From: a virus
Strand: one strand, 5' to 3'
Length of the DNA stretch: 39,490 nt
Virus genome (UHGV): UHGV-0154499
Positions 36,331 through 39,490 of the stretch are shown piece by piece. A program made the translations under genes and the position numbers. Each line of letters starts with the position of its first letter. Position 1 is the first letter of the stretch. The notes beneath the pieces are model-generated. The model searched no databases, was not told the origin of the DNA, and saw nothing but the letters and a program-made list of their open reading frames with translations.

Positions 36331-36504
36331 ATGGCTAAATCAATTATCGTGACAATTGAAATTGATATTCCTGACGAGGCGACAGACAAAGATATCACTG
36401 ATTTTGTCGATGTTGAGTACGGTCAGTGTGGATCCATGAAGATGGATAACCCATGCCGTGGTGATGCGGTGGAGATATTCGGCGCCACTTGGAAGAAGGA
36501 CTAG
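36331..36504 (+). CDS. Small hypothetical protein (57 aa); not in the ORF track
   Basis: ATG 2 nt after the upstream stop with a GAAGGGGGAG RBS; stop 4 nt before the next gene; translation MAKSIIVTIEIDIPDEATDKDITDFVDVEYGQCGSMKMDNPCRGDAVEIFGATWKKD. Confidence 0.45.
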   Translation: MAKSIIVTIEIDIPDEATDKDITDFVDVEYGQCGSMKMDNPCRGDAVEIFGATWKKD

Positions 36505-36507
36505 CCC

Positions 36508-37224
36508 ATGACAACTAACAACTACCCGGCGCTCGGTCCTGTGTCACTCGATCGCCTGCATCAGATACGCGAAATACTCAGCAAAGCATCAGCACAAAGT
36601 GACGGCGGTAATCTCGGCTACGCAATGGCTGATGCTGTGAAGGTGATTGATGGGATGATTTCTCGCGAACTGGTACGCCGTGAACATGCAGCATGGTCAG
36701 ATGAAACATTCGGCGATGTCGGTCCAGTTGGTCCGCTGAAGCACCTTTCCAAAGAAGCTATCGAGGCTGCTGCGGAACCAGACGAGATGAGCGAATTGGC
36801 TGACATGCAATTCCTGTTATGGGATGCGCAACGTCGTGCCGGTATCAGTGATGAGCAGATTACCCAGGCGATGGTAGAAAAGCTGGCGGTTAACAAACAG
36901 CGCAAATGGCCTGAGCCGAAAGATGGTGAGCCGCGACTGCATATCAAAGAGCAGCCTGCGCCGGTTGTGCCAGATGGTTACTGCATCATGCCTGTAGCGC
37001 TGACTGCCAAAAATGGCGCGAAATGGGCCTTGTCTGGTGAGTTCAGTACCGCACGCGAAGTTACCTGTCCTGAGTGTGAAGGTGATGGTTGCAGTGATTG
37101 CGACGGAAGAGGCGATTGGTACGAGGACCAGGCTATCGACTGGACAACTATTAAAGAAATCTACCGCAGAGCAGTTGAAGTGTGCGCGCTGCCAACTGGA
37201 CAAACTCAGGATAAAATAGCATGA
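36508..37224 (+). CDS. DUF550-like phage protein with C-terminal Cys-rich zinc-ribbon-like motif
   Basis: 238 aa; CPECEGDGCSDCDGRGDWY near the C-terminus; 4-nt overlap with the downstream gene. Confidence 0.6.
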   Translation: MTTNNYPALGPVSLDRLHQIREILSKASAQSDGGNLGYAMADAVKVIDGMISRELVRREHAAWSDETFGDVGPVGPLKHLSKEAIEAAAEPDEMSELADMQFLLWDAQRRAGISDEQITQAMVEKLAVNKQRKWPEPKDGEPRLHIKEQPAPVVPDGYCIMPVALTAKNGAKWALSGEFSTAREVTCPECEGDGCSDCDGRGDWYEDQAIDWTTIKEIYRRAVEVCALPTGQTQDKIA

Positions 37225-37793
37225 ACAATTTAATGATCGATCTCGAATCCATGGGCAAAAAACCGAATGCCCCTATCGTCTCCATTGGTGCCGTGTTCTT
37301 CGATCCGCAAAGCGGTGAACTGGGTCAGGAGTTTTACACCGCCGTTAACCTTGAAAGCGCTATGGAGCAGGGAGCGGTGCCGGATGGTGACACTATTCTG
37401 TGGTGGTTAAGACAAAGCTCAGAAGCGCGATCAGCAATCTGTGTTGATGATGCGATGCCGATATCGTCTGCCCTATCTGAACTGAGCCATTTCATTAATC
37501 GGCATTCTGATAACCCAAAATATTTAAAAGTTTGGGGCAATGGAGCTACTTTCGACAACGTTATATTGCGCGGCGCATATGAGCGCGCCGGCCAGGTTTG
37601 TCCGTGGCAATTTTGGAACGATCACGACGTCAGAACCATCGTCACATTAGGCAGAGTTGTTGGTTTCGATCCTAAGCGAGACATGCCATTCGATGGGGTG
37701 GCACATAACGCACTGGCCGATGCGCGCCATCAGGCAAAATACGTGTCCGCGATCTGGCAGAAATTGATTCCGACCACCAGCAGCGAGCTTTAA
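37221..37793 (+). CDS. DEDD-type 3'-5' exonuclease-like protein
   Basis: MIDLESMG (Exo I-like acidic motif) near the N-terminus and FDGVAHNALADARHQA (Exo III-like H...D motif) near the C-terminus. Confidence 0.65.
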   Translation: MNNLMIDLESMGKKPNAPIVSIGAVFFDPQSGELGQEFYTAVNLESAMEQGAVPDGDTILWWLRQSSEARSAICVDDAMPISSALSELSHFINRHSDNPKYLKVWGNGATFDNVILRGAYERAGQVCPWQFWNDHDVRTIVTLGRVVGFDPKRDMPFDGVAHNALADARHQAKYVSAIWQKLIPTTSSEL

Positions 37794-37831
37794 TTTCCCC
37801 TGGGTGCAGCCAGGGTAATGGATAAATAACC

Positions 37832-38068
37832 ATGAGCAATATTTTCCAGTTAGCCCCCAACGAGTGGGTTTGTGAAAGCGTTCTTATCGCGGTTACCGGG
37901 CTCAAGCCCGGTACCATCCTACGGGCAAGAAAAGAATGCTGGATGGTCGGGAGGGAGTATATCCACGTATCGCCTGACGGGAATCCTAAACCTTCCAGTG
38001 AGTGCATGTATAACAGAAAGGCTGTAGATGCCTGGGTCGCTTCAATGAAAAGCAAGCAGCCAGGGTGA
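37832..38068 (+). CDS. xis: Excisionase
   Basis: 78-aa protein immediately upstream of int; wHTH-like N-terminus typical of lambdoid Xis proteins. Confidence 0.7.
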   Translation: MSNIFQLAPNEWVCESVLIAVTGLKPGTILRARKECWMVGREYIHVSPDGNPKPSSECMYNRKAVDAWVASMKSKQPG

Positions 38069-38126
38069 TTTGATGCCATGAAAAAGGTAAGCTCGTATCG
38101 CTCTTGGGCGTCTGGAGGTAACACAA

Positions 38127-39440
38127 ATGGATAAAGTCACATATCCAACAGGCGTCGAAAACCACGGTGGCACATTACGCATCTGGTTTAATTTTAAAGG
38201 TAAGCGTGTCAGGGAAAGTCTCGGTGTCCCTGACACCGCTAAGAACAGGAAGATAGCCGGGGAACTGCGGACATCAGTATGTTTTGCCATCCGCACAGGA
38301 ACCTTTGATTATGCAACTCAGTTTCCTGACTCCCCTAACCTCAAGGCTTTTGGTGTAAGTAAAAAAGACATTACAGTGAAAGAACTTGAAGAAAAATGGC
38401 TGGATCTGAAACGGATGGAAATCTGCGCGAACGCATTCAATCGCTATGAGTCTGTCGCAAGGAATATGGTGCCGAGGATCGGAGGTAATCGCCTGGTGTC
38501 AGCAGTAACCAAAGAGGAATTGCTGTATCTCAGGAAAGATTTGCTAACTGGTTACCAGAATCCGACGAAAAACAAAGCTCCGGCAAAAGGGCGAAGCGTT
38601 GTTACTGTGAACTATTACATGACGACAATGGCCGGAATGTTTCAGTTTGCTGCAGATCACGGTTACTTAGAGGTGAACCCATTCGAGGGAATTAAACCTC
38701 TGAAAAAAGCCAGGGCAGAACCAGATCCGCTGTCTCGTGATGAATTTATTCGCCTGATAGATGCATGCCGGCATCAGCAGACGAAAAACCTGTGGTCATT
38801 AGCAGTGTACACAGGAATGCGTCACGGGGAACTGGTCTCCCTGGCCTGGGAAGATATCGACCTGAAGGCGGGAACAATTACCGTCAGGCGTAATTATACG
38901 AAACTTGGTGAGTTCACTCTACCGAAAACCGAGGCAAGCACAGATCGAGTGGTGCATCTTATCCAGCCCGCAATCAGCATCCTGAAAAATCAGGCTGAGA
39001 TCACAAGGCTGGGCAGGCAACATCACATTGAAGTTCAGTTACGTGAGTACGGCCGTTCGGTGAACCATGAGTGTACATTCGTCTTTAACCCGCATGTGGT
39101 CAGACGCAGTAAGCAGGTCGGATTTATCTACCGGGTCGATTCAGTAGGCGACTCATGGGAAGCTGCACTTAAGCGCGCGGGGATCAGACACAGAAAGGCG
39201 TACCAGTCACGACATACCTATGCGTGCTGGTCATTATCTGCTGGTGCAAATCCGAGTTTTATTGCCAGTCAGATGGGACATGCGAGCGCGCAGATGGTGT
39301 TCAATGTTTACGGTGCATGGATGGCTGACAGCAGCGCAGAGCAAATAGCAATGCTCAATCAGAAGCTGGCAGATTTTGCCCCATTGATGCCCCATAGCCA
39401 CGAGAGCAGTACGGGAGGATTATTAAAATCAGTAAGTTAA
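38127..39440 (+). CDS. int: Tyrosine site-specific integrase with N-terminal arm-binding domain
   Basis: N-terminal GTLRIWFNFKGKRVRESLG arm-binding domain; C-terminal catalytic region with the R...H..R...Y signature (GMRHGEL, HTYACW, VFNVYGAW). Confidence 0.9.
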   Translation: MDKVTYPTGVENHGGTLRIWFNFKGKRVRESLGVPDTAKNRKIAGELRTSVCFAIRTGTFDYATQFPDSPNLKAFGVSKKDITVKELEEKWLDLKRMEICANAFNRYESVARNMVPRIGGNRLVSAVTKEELLYLRKDLLTGYQNPTKNKAPAKGRSVVTVNYYMTTMAGMFQFAADHGYLEVNPFEGIKPLKKARAEPDPLSRDEFIRLIDACRHQQTKNLWSLAVYTGMRHGELVSLAWEDIDLKAGTITVRRNYTKLGEFTLPKTEASTDRVVHLIQPAISILKNQAEITRLGRQHHIEVQLREYGRSVNHECTFVFNPHVVRRSKQVGFIYRVDSVGDSWEAALKRAGIRHRKAYQSRHTYACWSLSAGANPSFIASQMGHASAQMVFNVYGAWMADSSAEQIAMLNQKLADFAPLMPHSHESSTGGLLKSVS

Positions 39441-39490
39441 CCCCTAACGCCCGTCATGTTAACTGCGTGGAGGGCAATACCACGCTGTAT

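Larger units (their letters stand above)
1..39490. mobile_element. Lambda-like prophage segment, tail gene J through integrase
   Basis: Collinear lambda gene order A-W-B-C-D-E-FI-FII-Z-U-V-G-T-H-M-L-K-I-J on the minus strand, lambda-like cos site, cI/cro switch, Q antiterminator, xis-int at the right end. Confidence 0.92.

Noticed and set aside
39441-39490. Possible attachment site or tRNA target downstream of int
   Set aside because: Only 50 bp are visible; no tRNA-like structure or repeat can be supported.
1-39490. CRISPR arrays, rRNA or tRNA genes, insertion sequences
   Set aside because: No short direct-repeat/spacer arrays, no tRNA-like cloverleaf candidates and no transposase-like ORFs with terminal inverted repeats were seen.

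Overview
The window is a nearly complete lambda-like (lambdoid siphovirus) prophage in an enterobacterial genome, drawn in prophage orientation with the late genes on the minus strand. Left to right: tail genes J (runs off the left edge, so absent from the ORF track), I, K, L, M, H, G-T, V, U, Z, FII, FI; head genes E, D, C, B, W; terminase A and Nu1; a lambda-like cos site; lysis cassette (spanins, GH19 endolysin, two holin-like proteins); Q antiterminator; a nin-like region (DUF968, Rha, RusA, Dam-type methyltransferase); an O-like initiator with internal iterons; cII-like, cro, divergent cI; an early-left operon; excisionase and integrase at the right end. Accessory cargo sits at four backbone junctions and is the interesting part: (1) a two-gene plus-strand cassette between Q and the holin, encoding a soluble protein and a 4-TM membrane protein in a RexA/RexB-like arrangement, which is my best candidate for a phage-defence (abortive infection) system; (2) a strongly AT-rich 290-aa orphan gene between cos and the spanins; (3) a ~2.8 kb island between tail genes K and I resembling the P22 immI region (divergent ribbon-helix-helix proteins with palindromic operators, BRO-N protein, KilAC antirepressor, lipoprotein); (4) an immunity region in which cI is followed directly by a terminator and OL-like operators with no rex genes, plus uncertain convergent small genes. 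All homology statements come from reading the translations and from recalled family features, not from database searches. Coordinates of features I derived by eye may be off by 1-2 nt.
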